Source: a virus. From it: DNA of 64,000 nt. Positions within the stretch are counted from its first letter, which is position 1, and each line of letters starts with the position of its first letter. Under the pieces are notes generated by a model that was given only the letters and a program-made list of their open reading frames with translations, was not told the DNA's origin and did not search any database. This document shows, in pieces, positions 55,555 to 64,000 of this stretch. Position numbers and translations under genes: made by a program. The stretch covers positions 16,183 to 80,182 of IMG/VR virus record IMGVR_UViG_3300033149_006612; one strand, given 5' to 3'.

Positions 55555-56002
55555 AAGCCGTTGCCCTTAAGACTATCCTTGCGTGTGCATAAGGACTTCC
55601 CTCCGAATAGTGGTACCGAGCCTCAGTCATGGTTATCGCAAAGCCAACATCACCGTCATCACAATATACGTTGTCCCGGGTATCGATCTTGATTTGACTC
55701 CTGATCCTAAGAACCAGCTCTCGGATGTACGTCCTAAGAATCCAACCATCAGGGACCATATCCTCGTGGATCGTAATAAAGACGGTCAGAAATCCGGTAC
55801 TTGAGGTCGGATCATCGATCGAAGTCTGCCCGACATACCCATAATCAAACGCCTCGTCGGACACCTCCATATAGGTACCGACCCGGCTGAACGGATTATC
55901 CGGGATCGGGTTTATAACCCTCCCGTCCCCGTTCTCGAACGGGAGTCCGACTACCTTCTCCAACGTCTCCGTTACCTTCGTCTCCACCGTGTTTATCGAC
56001 AT
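55547..56002 (-). CDS. Putative tail terminator protein
   Basis: Size and position. Confidence 0.5.
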   Translation of the reverse strand: MSINTVETKVTETLEKVVGLPFENGDGRVINPIPDNPFSRVGTYMEVSDEAFDYGYVGQTSIDDPTSSTGFLTVFITIHEDMVPDGWILRTYIRELVLRIRSQIKIDTRDNVYCDDGDVGFAITMTEARYHYSEGSPYAHARIVLRATAYV

Positions 56003-56466
56003 TACATCACCCTGACCTTAACCTCTATCCTCGGATTGGCTCTCCTAATCGCGTCCTCTACCTCCTCCCCGAGCCTATCTACCGCCATCTTCCTGGTATC
56101 GTCAAGTGCCTTTCCGATGAAGGACCTGGCCGCGAATCTCTTGGCCGGAATCCTGACCTTCTTCGCGAAAACCGTCTTACCGCCGACCTTGAAGGCTAAC
56201 GCCTTCTTATTCTTAGGAACTATCGTGAGTCCCGGCCTAGTGAATCCCTTCTCCCAAGCTATACCGTAGATGACGTTCGTCCCGACTACGATCGTATCAC
56301 CGGTAATCCGGGAGAAGGCTCCGGTACGCGCACGCAGTATCCCGGTTTGGACTTTCAGGACTCTGCCGGTCAGGTTCTCCAGGATTTCATCCTTTAACTC
56401 GACGAAATACCAGAGCTGCCACTGCTTGATCCCCTCATCTACCGCCGAGGACAGATCTAACGGCAT
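56002..56466 (-). CDS. Neck/tail completion protein (HK97 gp10-like)
   Basis: TG.LR, VGTNVIY...E.G, IVPKNKKALAF, ARSFI. Confidence 0.7.
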   Translation of the reverse strand: MPLDLSSAVDEGIKQWQLWYFVELKDEILENLTGRVLKVQTGILRARTGAFSRITGDTIVVGTNVIYGIAWEKGFTRPGLTIVPKNKKALAFKVGGKTVFAKKVRIPAKRFAARSFIGKALDDTRKMAVDRLGEEVEDAIRRANPRIEVKVRVM

Positions 56467-57159
56467 CTACCATTCCCCCACGGCACCGGACAGATGGGCC
56501 AGCCTGAACGGTCGTAACAACGACCTCTCCTCCATCGTCAACCTGACCCTAAGGGGCAGCTGGACCCCGAAATCCGTCTGGATGTTTCCCAATTCGAGTT
56601 TGTCCTCCTTCATCAACTTATATAGCCTGCCGACGATCATCAAAACCGCCTCAACCAGGTCATCCGGCATATCATCCGCCGCATACCCGCCGACATAGCT
56701 CAGCATAACCCCGCCGGGCTTATCGGTCAGGTAGGCCGCCGATTCTCCGGATAGATATGCATTCCAGTCCCTGCCGTAGAAATCCGTCAGGTGAATCCAT
56801 CCGGTAGCGCTGTCGACAAAATAGGCCTTCCGGTCCACCAGGTACACTCCGTCCTCGTCCGGCGTACCGTCTTCATTGGTGGTGGTCTCATTCTCCAGCT
56901 TGATCCATGTAATGATCGGAGGATTGTTGACCCGCACCTTTAAAGGTTGCTTCTGGATGACTCCACCGTAGGTGATTAAGCTAGGCAGGGTATGTCGCTC
57001 CCGGTCGTAGGTCTGCTGATCAAACCTACGACAACAGTACCTCTCTACGGCCCGCTCTGCCGCCAGAATCGCCCTCCTCTCCGTCGTTCCTATGGAACCG
57101 ATCGAACGGAGATTGGCAATAACCTCCTCATCCGTAACGATTCTACCCGTATCCGCCAT
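56467..57159 (-). CDS. Head-tail adaptor protein
   Basis: AAE..VERYC.R.F, YVGGY...P.DL..AVL, LL.PFR. Confidence 0.75.
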   Translation of the reverse strand: MADTGRIVTDEEVIANLRSIGSIGTTERRAILAAERAVERYCCRRFDQQTYDRERHTLPSLITYGGVIQKQPLKVRVNNPPIITWIKLENETTTNEDGTPDEDGVYLVDRKAYFVDSATGWIHLTDFYGRDWNAYLSGESAAYLTDKPGGVMLSYVGGYAADDMPDDLVEAVLMIVGRLYKLMKEDKLELGNIQTDFGVQLPLRVRLTMEERSLLRPFRLAHLSGAVGEW

Positions 57160-57168
57160 TCCCCTTCC

Positions 57169-57669
57169 TCACTTAATCGGAAACATTTCTACCTCTAGGA
57201 AAAACGCGTCCTTTCCCTGTTTTACGCTCCTCCTCGGACCTACTCTCCACGGCTTATACCCGTAGGATCTGCCATAATTTTTATATGTGAAATGATTACC
57301 GTCCCAATAGTCAAAGGAACCGTCACAAAAATATCGACGATGGGTAGGGTCCCGGAACGCCCCCCACGGCCATCTAACCGCGTCCGGAACTCGAATCCAG
57401 AATACACCCCCTACACGCATTACCCGGTGCGCCTCATTTAACACGTGCATCAGGATGTCCTTACCGTCGTTCCCCCAGCCGATATGCTCCAGCAGATTGT
57501 CCGCCCGGATCGCCGCCACTGAGTTCTCCCGGATCTTCCTGCCGTCGATGCACCACGGCGTATCGGTAATGTCCCAGAGTACATCCGGCATGCAGGACTG
57601 CCGGTTATCCAGGTTAACCCAGCCCTCCATATGGAACTTTTTAACTCCGCACCCCCAATTGAGCTTCAT
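57169..57669 (-). CDS. Class I SAM-dependent methyltransferase (short)
   Basis: KLNWGCG, GWVNLD, LEH, E.HRVM..GG...VP, DPTH. Confidence 0.8.
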   Translation of the reverse strand: MKLNWGCGVKKFHMEGWVNLDNRQSCMPDVLWDITDTPWCIDGRKIRENSVAAIRADNLLEHIGWGNDGKDILMHVLNEAHRVMRVGGVFWIRVPDAVRWPWGAFRDPTHRRYFCDGSFDYWDGNHFTYKNYGRSYGYKPWRVGPRRSVKQGKDAFFLEVEMFPIK

Positions 57670-58460
57670 CCGGTCAATATCTCCTTAAAGAAATCCATAT
57701 GCCTGTCCGCCCACTGTTTCCACGTCGGAGGATGGACCAATTTATACATGACCCCCCGCAGGCTGTCCCAGTCGTTAATCCTAAACCTGATGACCGGGAA
57801 ATCCCAGCACCACCCGACGTTCGGCGCTATAACCGGAATCCCACGTGCTATAGCCTCAATCACCGGCACAGGCCCGCCCTCGTTGGTGCTGGTAACCAGT
57901 AGATAATTAATCTTACTCCAGAAAAACTCTTGGTGGTCCGGATCGTCACCCAATCGATTCTCCTCCGGGACCGGCCAACCCCTACCCCAGGCCAGGATTT
58001 CATACCCCTCTTCAACCGCCTTTTCTATCATCCACTCGCCCTTTCGACCGCTCGGGTAGGTCCTGCCGCATACGCCGAATCTGACCTTGTGAGGTTCATC
58101 CGGCTTGAACGAATGGCCGTATGGGATCTTTCGAATCCGGTGCTCCCCCACACCCATACTCAGCAGTATATCCCGTGTTTTGTCACAGGTCACGGTCATA
58201 TAATCGCAGATTCGAGCGTGGTCGATGAAGACTTGACGCCATGGAGGACCCTCCTCAAGATGGGTGAAATGCCCGACCTTGATCCCCGGTCTCCGAGACT
58301 GCGACTTGGTCATCACGGCGTAGTTGACGAAATAGGTTAACTCCCGCCGCTCCGGACGATTGATCGTCACGCCCGGATAATGATTCTTGATCTCCATCGC
58401 AGCCCGGCGTAGGATCCATGGGTTCTGTTTCTCCGTCATTATAGCGATTTTTTCATCCAT
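57666..58460 (-). CDS. GT-B (GT4-like) glycosyltransferase
   Basis: RKG, TSTNEGGPVPVIEAIARGIPVIAPNVG. Confidence 0.8.
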   Translation of the reverse strand: MDEKIAIMTEKQNPWILRRAAMEIKNHYPGVTINRPERRELTYFVNYAVMTKSQSRRPGIKVGHFTHLEEGPPWRQVFIDHARICDYMTVTCDKTRDILLSMGVGEHRIRKIPYGHSFKPDEPHKVRFGVCGRTYPSGRKGEWMIEKAVEEGYEILAWGRGWPVPEENRLGDDPDHQEFFWSKINYLLVTSTNEGGPVPVIEAIARGIPVIAPNVGWCWDFPVIRFRINDWDSLRGVMYKLVHPPTWKQWADRHMDFFKEILTG

Positions 58461-59362
58461 TCGACCGTTCTCCTCACACCGTCGTACACGCCGACCGTCG
58501 GTTCCCAGCCCAGTTCGTTCTTGATGTGACGGAGGTCTGAAATGTAGGTCGGCTGATCGCCCATCCTGGCGTCACCAAATCTCCAGTTTGCCGTCAGCCC
58601 CGTTACATCCTCGATTACCTTGATCATATCCAGTAGATTGATGACCTGTCTTACTCCACCGCCGACGTTGAACACCCGGCCCCCGACGTCGACGCCTAAT
58701 ATGACCTCCATCAACTCACACCAATCGTCCACATAAAGGACGTCCCGCTGCTGCCTACCGTCGCCGAATACGGTCAACATCTCCCGTCCCATGATCCGCT
58801 CGATAAACCAGGATACCCAACCCTGGCCCAGCATCGGGCGCTGCCACGGACCGTAGATGCATGACTGCCTCAGCACCACGGTACTTACACCCAACCTGCT
58901 ATATAGCTGGGTGTATAGGTCCGCCGCCGTCTTACTGATCCCATACGGGCACTCCGGGCCTACCCTGTGTTCGATGTCGGTCGGCGTCGTCTGTGGATAA
59001 CTCGGGTAGACCTTGTTGGTGCTGGCCAGGATAAACCTGATACCGGTATACTTGATGTCTTGAAGGATTCTTAACGTCTGGACGGCATTTTCCTCCAGAT
59101 CGGTCACCGGGTCATCCAAGCTCCCGGTAACCGTCACCTGACCGGCGAGATGGACGATGGCATCATGATCCTTCCAATCTTGATAGGTGCGGACATCGCA
59201 TTCCAATATCCGGATATCCTGATAGTTCCTCAGAACGTTTCGATTCTTCCTGCTGCCCGGCCTGGACAGGTTATCTATCAGGGTAATTTCAGCCTTCTCA
59301 TACATATGCCTGGCCAGGTTCGTCCCGAGAAAACCGCACCCCCCCGTTATAGCTAGTCTCAT
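58439..59362 (-). CDS. NAD-dependent nucleotide-sugar epimerase (CDP-paratose 2-epimerase-like)
   Basis: ITGGCGFLG, DNLSRPG, HLAGQV, STNKVY, YGISK, RQSCIYG, QGWV.WF, GDG.Q.RDVLYVDD. Confidence 0.88.
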   Translation of the reverse strand: MRLAITGGCGFLGTNLARHMYEKAEITLIDNLSRPGSRKNRNVLRNYQDIRILECDVRTYQDWKDHDAIVHLAGQVTVTGSLDDPVTDLEENAVQTLRILQDIKYTGIRFILASTNKVYPSYPQTTPTDIEHRVGPECPYGISKTAADLYTQLYSRLGVSTVVLRQSCIYGPWQRPMLGQGWVSWFIERIMGREMLTVFGDGRQQRDVLYVDDWCELMEVILGVDVGGRVFNVGGGVRQVINLLDMIKVIEDVTGLTANWRFGDARMGDQPTYISDLRHIKNELGWEPTVGVYDGVRRTVEWMKKSL

Positions 59363-59949
59363 CTCTTCCTTACCACCTCTACCATATTTATGCTCAACCC
59401 GTTTGGAAAACAATCCCTAGGCTCCAGTATCCGCCAGTCCCACCGGTCAGGCAGACTGTGAACCAAGGTCTTACAGCCGATGTCGTCCCGGTCAAAGTAA
59501 TAATCATCCAACAGGATCACTCCATCCTCATGTAGGTGCCGGTCAGCCCAGTAGAAATCGTTGTCGATGGTCTCAAGGCTGTGTCCGCCGTCGATGAATA
59601 TAAAGTCGCATTCCGGGCCTGTGTACTGTTCAAGGGTATGCCTGGTATTGCCCACGATCAACATAACCTCCACATTCCGGCTGATGGAGTCTAATCGATC
59701 CGCCACGTTCCGGGCCGACCGTACCCCCTTTTTGGAACCCTCATACTCCGGCGGTTCCTCGAACAGGTCAAATCCGACATAGACGCGTTTACCGCCGAAT
59801 TCAGCCATCCTCCGGATCATGACTTCCGCCGTATCCCCCCGAAGGACTCCTATCTCCATCACGACCTCGGGCCTCAACTCATCGATACAGTTGAGCACGT
59901 TGATATACCTGGGTGCCGTCAATCCTTCCATATCCCGTCTTCCATCCAA
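59359..59949 (-). CDS. Class I SAM-dependent O-methyltransferase
   Basis: EIGVLRG, GFDLF, DFIFIDGGHS, ILLDDY. Confidence 0.82.
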   Translation of the reverse strand: MDGRRDMEGLTAPRYINVLNCIDELRPEVVMEIGVLRGDTAEVMIRRMAEFGGKRVYVGFDLFEEPPEYEGSKKGVRSARNVADRLDSISRNVEVMLIVGNTRHTLEQYTGPECDFIFIDGGHSLETIDNDFYWADRHLHEDGVILLDDYYFDRDDIGCKTLVHSLPDRWDWRILEPRDCFPNGLSINMVEVVRKR

Positions 59950-60734
59950 AGCTTAATCAACCGCCGTACCACGCCTCCCCAGCTGAATTCCGCCATCGGG
60001 TCTTCAAAGAAATTTCGGAGATCGCGTTCATCCTTGACTACTATACAGCGGTCCAGGAACGGTTCACAGTTTACACCGTTGGTGACCACGGTTACCCCGG
60101 ATGCTATGGCCTCGGCCGCCATGTTGCACCAGCCCTGCCGGTGCTCCCAGGTCACGAAATAATTGATCCGGTTGAACAGGTCCACCACTCCATCGTTATC
60201 CAGGTCCCGGAACGGTACCAGCGTTACCCCCTCCAGGCCCTCCAACGCCCTCTCTATGACCTCTTCACCCTTCAGCCCTCCCCTGCCCTTATAGTACCCC
60301 ACCAACCGGATGAGACGACCGCATTTGAAATGCTCAGTATTTACCCCGCCCTCAATCAAGGCTGCATCCGGATAGTCCTGCAGGAAGACCCGGCTATTGA
60401 CCATCATTCGCGCCTTGCCGGATTCATACATCTTTCGGTATGCCGGTCTATACTCGCCACCGGCGATTACCCAGACATATTTAGGACAGGTGAACCGGTC
60501 AAGACGTTTGAAGCTGGGTGGATCGCCTATCATTACCACATCCGGTTCATCCTCCACGTCGGTCCAAACGTCGATCCTCCCGGTGAAGTCGATCCAATCC
60601 GGACGGCAGGCGTGCCGGTGGTCGGTGTAGACGGTGTAGTCATGGCCCCTGGACACGAACTCGTTCCCTACCTCGATGAATCTGCGTACACCACCGAACT
60701 TTAATAGATGCGGTAATATGGCTCCAATCTTCAT
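59919..60734 (-). CDS. GT-B (GT4-like) glycosyltransferase
   Basis: FGGVRRFIEVGNE...RGHD, KG, GW....AEAIASG. Confidence 0.8.
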   Translation of the reverse strand: MKIGAILPHLLKFGGVRRFIEVGNEFVSRGHDYTVYTDHRHACRPDWIDFTGRIDVWTDVEDEPDVVMIGDPPSFKRLDRFTCPKYVWVIAGGEYRPAYRKMYESGKARMMVNSRVFLQDYPDAALIEGGVNTEHFKCGRLIRLVGYYKGRGGLKGEEVIERALEGLEGVTLVPFRDLDNDGVVDLFNRINYFVTWEHRQGWCNMAAEAIASGVTVVTNGVNCEPFLDRCIVVKDERDLRNFFEDPMAEFSWGGVVRRLIKLWMEDGIWKD

Positions 60735-61306
60735 CTGTCCCTCATTAGCGGAGTCCTCAGCCGAACCGGTTCCACCCCTAAAAATTCGGTCAGCCTCCTC
60801 ATTACCCCCTCCGGGCAAAACTCCACGTCCTTCCCACCGTCGGTTAACTCCTCATAGGTGACGGTCAAAATCGGCCTACGGTATGTCCTCAGCAATCTGG
60901 ACATCCGCTTCTGTCTACCTTTAATGTGTGCGGTTCTCCGGTTAACCGTATCCATATCGACCTGAATATCGGGCTTAGGATCGCCCCCCCGGATTCGATG
61001 TGCGTTATGTCCCGCCCCGGTCCGTTTCCTTAACGCGCTGTTTTTAACGGCGGAGACGGCGGTCATCCTCGGGTTCCTGATCAGATGGATGAACCTATCC
61101 GGGACTTGGCTTTTTAAAAACCCGACTCGATTATACATCAGGATACCGCCCCGGTACTTACAGCCCTGCATTACACTCCACGGATCGTCGATCCCAATCT
61201 CACCCAGGCAGTTAATCTCCGGATGCGAGTCTAGAAACGTCTGCAACAGATGGGACCCCGACCGTTGATGACAGACGATCAAAAAATCGAACTCGGCCTC
61301 TATCAT
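60731..61306 (-). CDS. Sulfotransferase (Stf0-like)
   Basis: 5'-PSB loop QRSGSHLL, LDSHP.I.C.GE, 3'-PB IHLIRNP, YEEL. Confidence 0.78.
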   Translation of the reverse strand: MIEAEFDFLIVCHQRSGSHLLQTFLDSHPEINCLGEIGIDDPWSVMQGCKYRGGILMYNRVGFLKSQVPDRFIHLIRNPRMTAVSAVKNSALRKRTGAGHNAHRIRGGDPKPDIQVDMDTVNRRTAHIKGRQKRMSRLLRTYRRPILTVTYEELTDGGKDVEFCPEGVMRRLTEFLGVEPVRLRTPLMRDR

Positions 61307-62841
61307 TATAGGAACCCCCAGAAATTATCCCCTCGGTTTAACGATTGTATCATGTTGAGCAGCCGGAACGATACGGTATGTCGCGCCTGCTGCAACCTCC
61401 AGGCATTCTTTCGAATCCTCTCCAACTCCTCCTCCACCTCTACCCCTCTCCGCCGTATATAGATCTGGGCATCCCTGGCGCATCGGAACCCTAGATAATG
61501 CTTACCCTCCTGAAACATGTCCTGCAGACCTGGAAACCTCCTGATCAACGGTAACCCGCCGTACGCCATGACGTTGTACATCCTAAGGCTGTTATAACCA
61601 TGAACCTCCGGGCTGATGATCGGGCAAAACCGGTATAGCCTGTATAAGAACCGGGAGTTCCTCTCTATCCTCATCCTGCTGCTTCGACCGGTGGCGTTAA
61701 CTATCCTTGACTGGAGGGATTTCAGTATCGGGAGTCTGTCAAAATGCCACTCACTCTGATCCACGGACCCGATGAAGATGACATCCCCCTGCGGATATTC
61801 ACCGTCCTTAGGATTGTACAGCATCGGATTGACGACCGAACCCTGCGGCATATATTTGACCTCGCTACCTACGGTAGCTTTCCAAATGCCGTGGGCATAC
61901 TTACCCTTCTGGTCTCTCCAACATAGGAAAACCTGATGGAAGATCCCGGCCATGATGCCCTTGTCGTGGCCGGTCCGAAGATCGTTGAACCATAAAGCCT
62001 TCAACCCCGGCAGCCGGTCGATGTACGCCTTCAACCGGCCTACATGGACGTGTTTGTTGGTCACCATTATGACGTGGGTCGGATCGTGTTCCAACCAATC
62101 CTGCGGCTCATCAATCGGTACATGACGACAATACATCCCCTGTCGTCCGAACTCGACCATGGCCTGATCGATTCCGCGCCATAAGGGGAATTCGTTATTG
62201 GGGGAACTCCCAATTACGAGCAACCGGGTACCGTGCCAGTCAATCTCCCGATTCTTGAGGTAAACGTCGGTATACCCCCGCTCCTCCGCCCTGCCCTCAG
62301 CCAGGAGGGACCCCCCGGCTTCATGATGGACGAACACGTCCCGCCTGAGAACCTTCAGATTAAATCGATCCATCAGGTTCGATTCCTGACCGTAGAACGG
62401 AAAGTCCTCCCGGAAACCGCCTGCACGGTGCCACGACGATCGTCTAATCAATACACAGAACCCCGACAGGGTAGGGACCGACCTGATCGCCTTGGACTTC
62501 GTCACATGCCCCATCTGGAATGCAATCCCGCATTTGTCGGTCATAGGACCCACGGCATCCGCCCCCGTCTCCTCCGCCGTGGCTATCAGCTTATCCAGCC
62601 AGCCCGGTTCCACTACGGTATCCGAGTTCAGCAGCATGACGTAGGTCGTGGTGACTCCGGCGATTAGATCGTTCCACAACGCCCCGAGGTTCTTATCCGT
62701 CTTGGAGTTATCGGCGACTAAAAATCTGTGAACGTTTAGATCGGTATGTCGTTTAACCGACTCGATGCACCGGTTCTCCATCTCCGGCTGCCGGTACCTG
62801 ACCATGATTATGGTAGCCCTGGGTTCACAGATATCTGTCAC
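61306..62841 (-). CDS. Bifunctional glycosyltransferase (N-terminal GT2 + C-terminal GT-B/CgeB-like)
   Basis: LLNSDT..PGWL, LSGFCVLIR, GGF.E.F..YGQE; C-terminal DVIFIGS, S.R.YNVMAYGG, HT...R. Confidence 0.8.
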   Translation of the reverse strand: MTDICEPRATIIMVRYRQPEMENRCIESVKRHTDLNVHRFLVADNSKTDKNLGALWNDLIAGVTTTYVMLLNSDTVVEPGWLDKLIATAEETGADAVGPMTDKCGIAFQMGHVTKSKAIRSVPTLSGFCVLIRRSSWHRAGGFREDFPFYGQESNLMDRFNLKVLRRDVFVHHEAGGSLLAEGRAEERGYTDVYLKNREIDWHGTRLLVIGSSPNNEFPLWRGIDQAMVEFGRQGMYCRHVPIDEPQDWLEHDPTHVIMVTNKHVHVGRLKAYIDRLPGLKALWFNDLRTGHDKGIMAGIFHQVFLCWRDQKGKYAHGIWKATVGSEVKYMPQGSVVNPMLYNPKDGEYPQGDVIFIGSVDQSEWHFDRLPILKSLQSRIVNATGRSSRMRIERNSRFLYRLYRFCPIISPEVHGYNSLRMYNVMAYGGLPLIRRFPGLQDMFQEGKHYLGFRCARDAQIYIRRRGVEVEEELERIRKNAWRLQQARHTVSFRLLNMIQSLNRGDNFWGFL

Positions 62842-63505
62842 CGATCAACTTCCTCCATCGCGCCCAATGGTCATGCCCCGCGGTACTGACGTCCCCCCTC
62901 CGGTAATGGGCCTTAAACCCCTTCACCGGGACGTAGTGGCCGGAACTCCCATCCTTCATCATCCTCAACCAGAGGCTCCAGTCCTGCAGCCGCTCTTCAT
63001 CCTCCACGAACGGTTTCGCCGGGAGCTTTCCCGTCCGGATCACCGTGTTCATGTCGATGTAATTCATCCGCTTCAGCCGTTCCGGATTCCAGGGACACGC
63101 CATCCACGGTGTATTTATCTCCCCGGTTCGATCGAAATCACAGTAGCAAAAATCGGCTTCCGGGTGCCCGTCCAACTCCTCCACCAACAGATCCAACCTG
63201 CCCGGGTACCATATCTTGTCGGCGTCATTAAACAGGACGAATTCCGGGAGTTCTTCCTCCCGGGAGATCCGGCTCCATCCATAGTTCCGGACCCACTGTA
63301 CACCCATATTCCGATTTAATCGTTGAATCTTCAATCGCCCGTGGGTATTTAAGGCCTGGAGGGACGATAGAACGTCCGGTAGATCGGAACAGTCATCGAT
63401 TAGAAAGATCTCTCTGACCGAATTACTGTTTAGGAGTGCATTGATACATTCCTCTAATGTATCGCCGTTATAATAGTAAGGTACTACAACCGTTAACCGG
63501 CCCAC
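62825..63505 (-). CDS. GT2 glycosyltransferase
   Basis: VVVPYY, IDDCS, N.GV...RN.G, FNDAD, QDWSLWLR. Confidence 0.85.
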   Translation of the reverse strand: MGRLTVVVPYYYNGDTLEECINALLNSNSVREIFLIDDCSDLPDVLSSLQALNTHGRLKIQRLNRNMGVQWVRNYGWSRISREEELPEFVLFNDADKIWYPGRLDLLVEELDGHPEADFCYCDFDRTGEINTPWMACPWNPERLKRMNYIDMNTVIRTGKLPAKPFVEDEERLQDWSLWLRMMKDGSSGHYVPVKGFKAHYRRGDVSTAGHDHWARWRKLIGDRYL

Positions 63506-63534
63506 ACCGCTCTACCTCTGCTACAGGTTGTCAC

Positions 63535-63984
63535 CTAGCTGAATTTAGCCACCCTGGTTACGATCTTCTCCGCCGTCTTCTTCCCGATCCCGTTGACTTT
63601 AACCAGGGATTCCACCGTTTCACCGACTAGGCTTTCAACCGTCTCAAATCCGGCGTGCCTGAGTATATTGCTGACATTGACGGGGAGCTCCAGATCGTCG
63701 ATCGACACCGGCTCCTCAACCAGATCGTCGATCGACACCGGCTCCTCCTCTATCTCCTCAACCGGGGGAGCTTCAACGGCCGTGTCGTAAACGATTATCC
63801 TCTCCTCTGCCGGAGGAACTTCAACGGCATCGACCTCCTCAACCATCCTCATTGCCCGGAGCGCCTTAGCCTCGGATGTCGTGCAGAGGACATAGGGTCT
63901 CCCGTCTACGTCAACCTGTACCGATCGAATCGGACCACCTGCAACTACCTCTCTGTAATTTTCCTTCAGGAATACCTTCATCAT
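63535..63984 (-). CDS. Protein with C-terminal RNA polymerase alpha-CTD-like/HhH domain
   Basis: IDDLELPVNVSNILRHAG..TV..L.....L.KVNGIGKKTAEKI. Confidence 0.7.
   Translation of the reverse strand: MMKVFLKENYREVVAGGPIRSVQVDVDGRPYVLCTTSEAKALRAMRMVEEVDAVEVPPAEERIIVYDTAVEAPPVEEIEEEPVSIDDLVEEPVSIDDLELPVNVSNILRHAGFETVESLVGETVESLVKVNGIGKKTAEKIVTRVAKFS
63691..63747. repeat. 27-bp direct repeat with 30-bp period
   Basis: CAGATCGTCGATCGACACCGGCTCCTC at 63691 and 63721; encodes EEPVSIDDL twice. Confidence 0.9.
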
Positions 63985-64000
63985 AAGTCTTACCCTACCT

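Noticed and set aside
1-64000. tRNA genes, integrase or att sites
   Set aside because: None recognised by eye; lifestyle cannot be decided from this window

Overview
The whole window is part of a tailed dsDNA phage genome (siphovirus-type tail; the holin/SLT endolysin/spanin-like lysis cassette suggests a Gram-negative host; no integrase, tRNA or CRISPR seen; portal and major capsid genes are not in the window). Left to right: terminase module and SbcCD-like nuclease (minus strand, 1-10.6 kb); a replication/recombination operon (plus, 10.9-23.2 kb) with RecA-like recombinase, resolvase, sigma-like factor, a UDG-fused family A DNA polymerase, gp32-like SSB, PurZ, a DUF5664 dATP/dGTP diphosphohydrolase-like protein, dUTPase, DnaB and primase; a divergently promoted early region (23.3-31.9 kb); then lysis, tail, neck and a cluster of glycosyl-, methyl- and sulfotransferases (minus, 31.9-64 kb). 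Main observations: (1) four hammerhead ribozymes (one type III, three pseudoknotted type II with covarying stems) sit between consecutive small early ORFs downstream of a consensus sigma70 promoter and are predicted to cut the transcript into single-gene 5'-OH/2',3'-cyclic-phosphate units that could circularise; (2) a 2-aminoadenine (Z) biosynthesis cluster without a visible DatZ, beside a polymerase with non-canonical motif B and C residues; (3) an eight-gene glycan synthesis/decoration cluster within the virion genes; (4) smaller signals: two frameshift sites, a duplicated sigma HTH, an RNAP alpha-CTD-like protein and several structured intergenic RNAs. All calls come from reading motifs by eye; no database searches were run.
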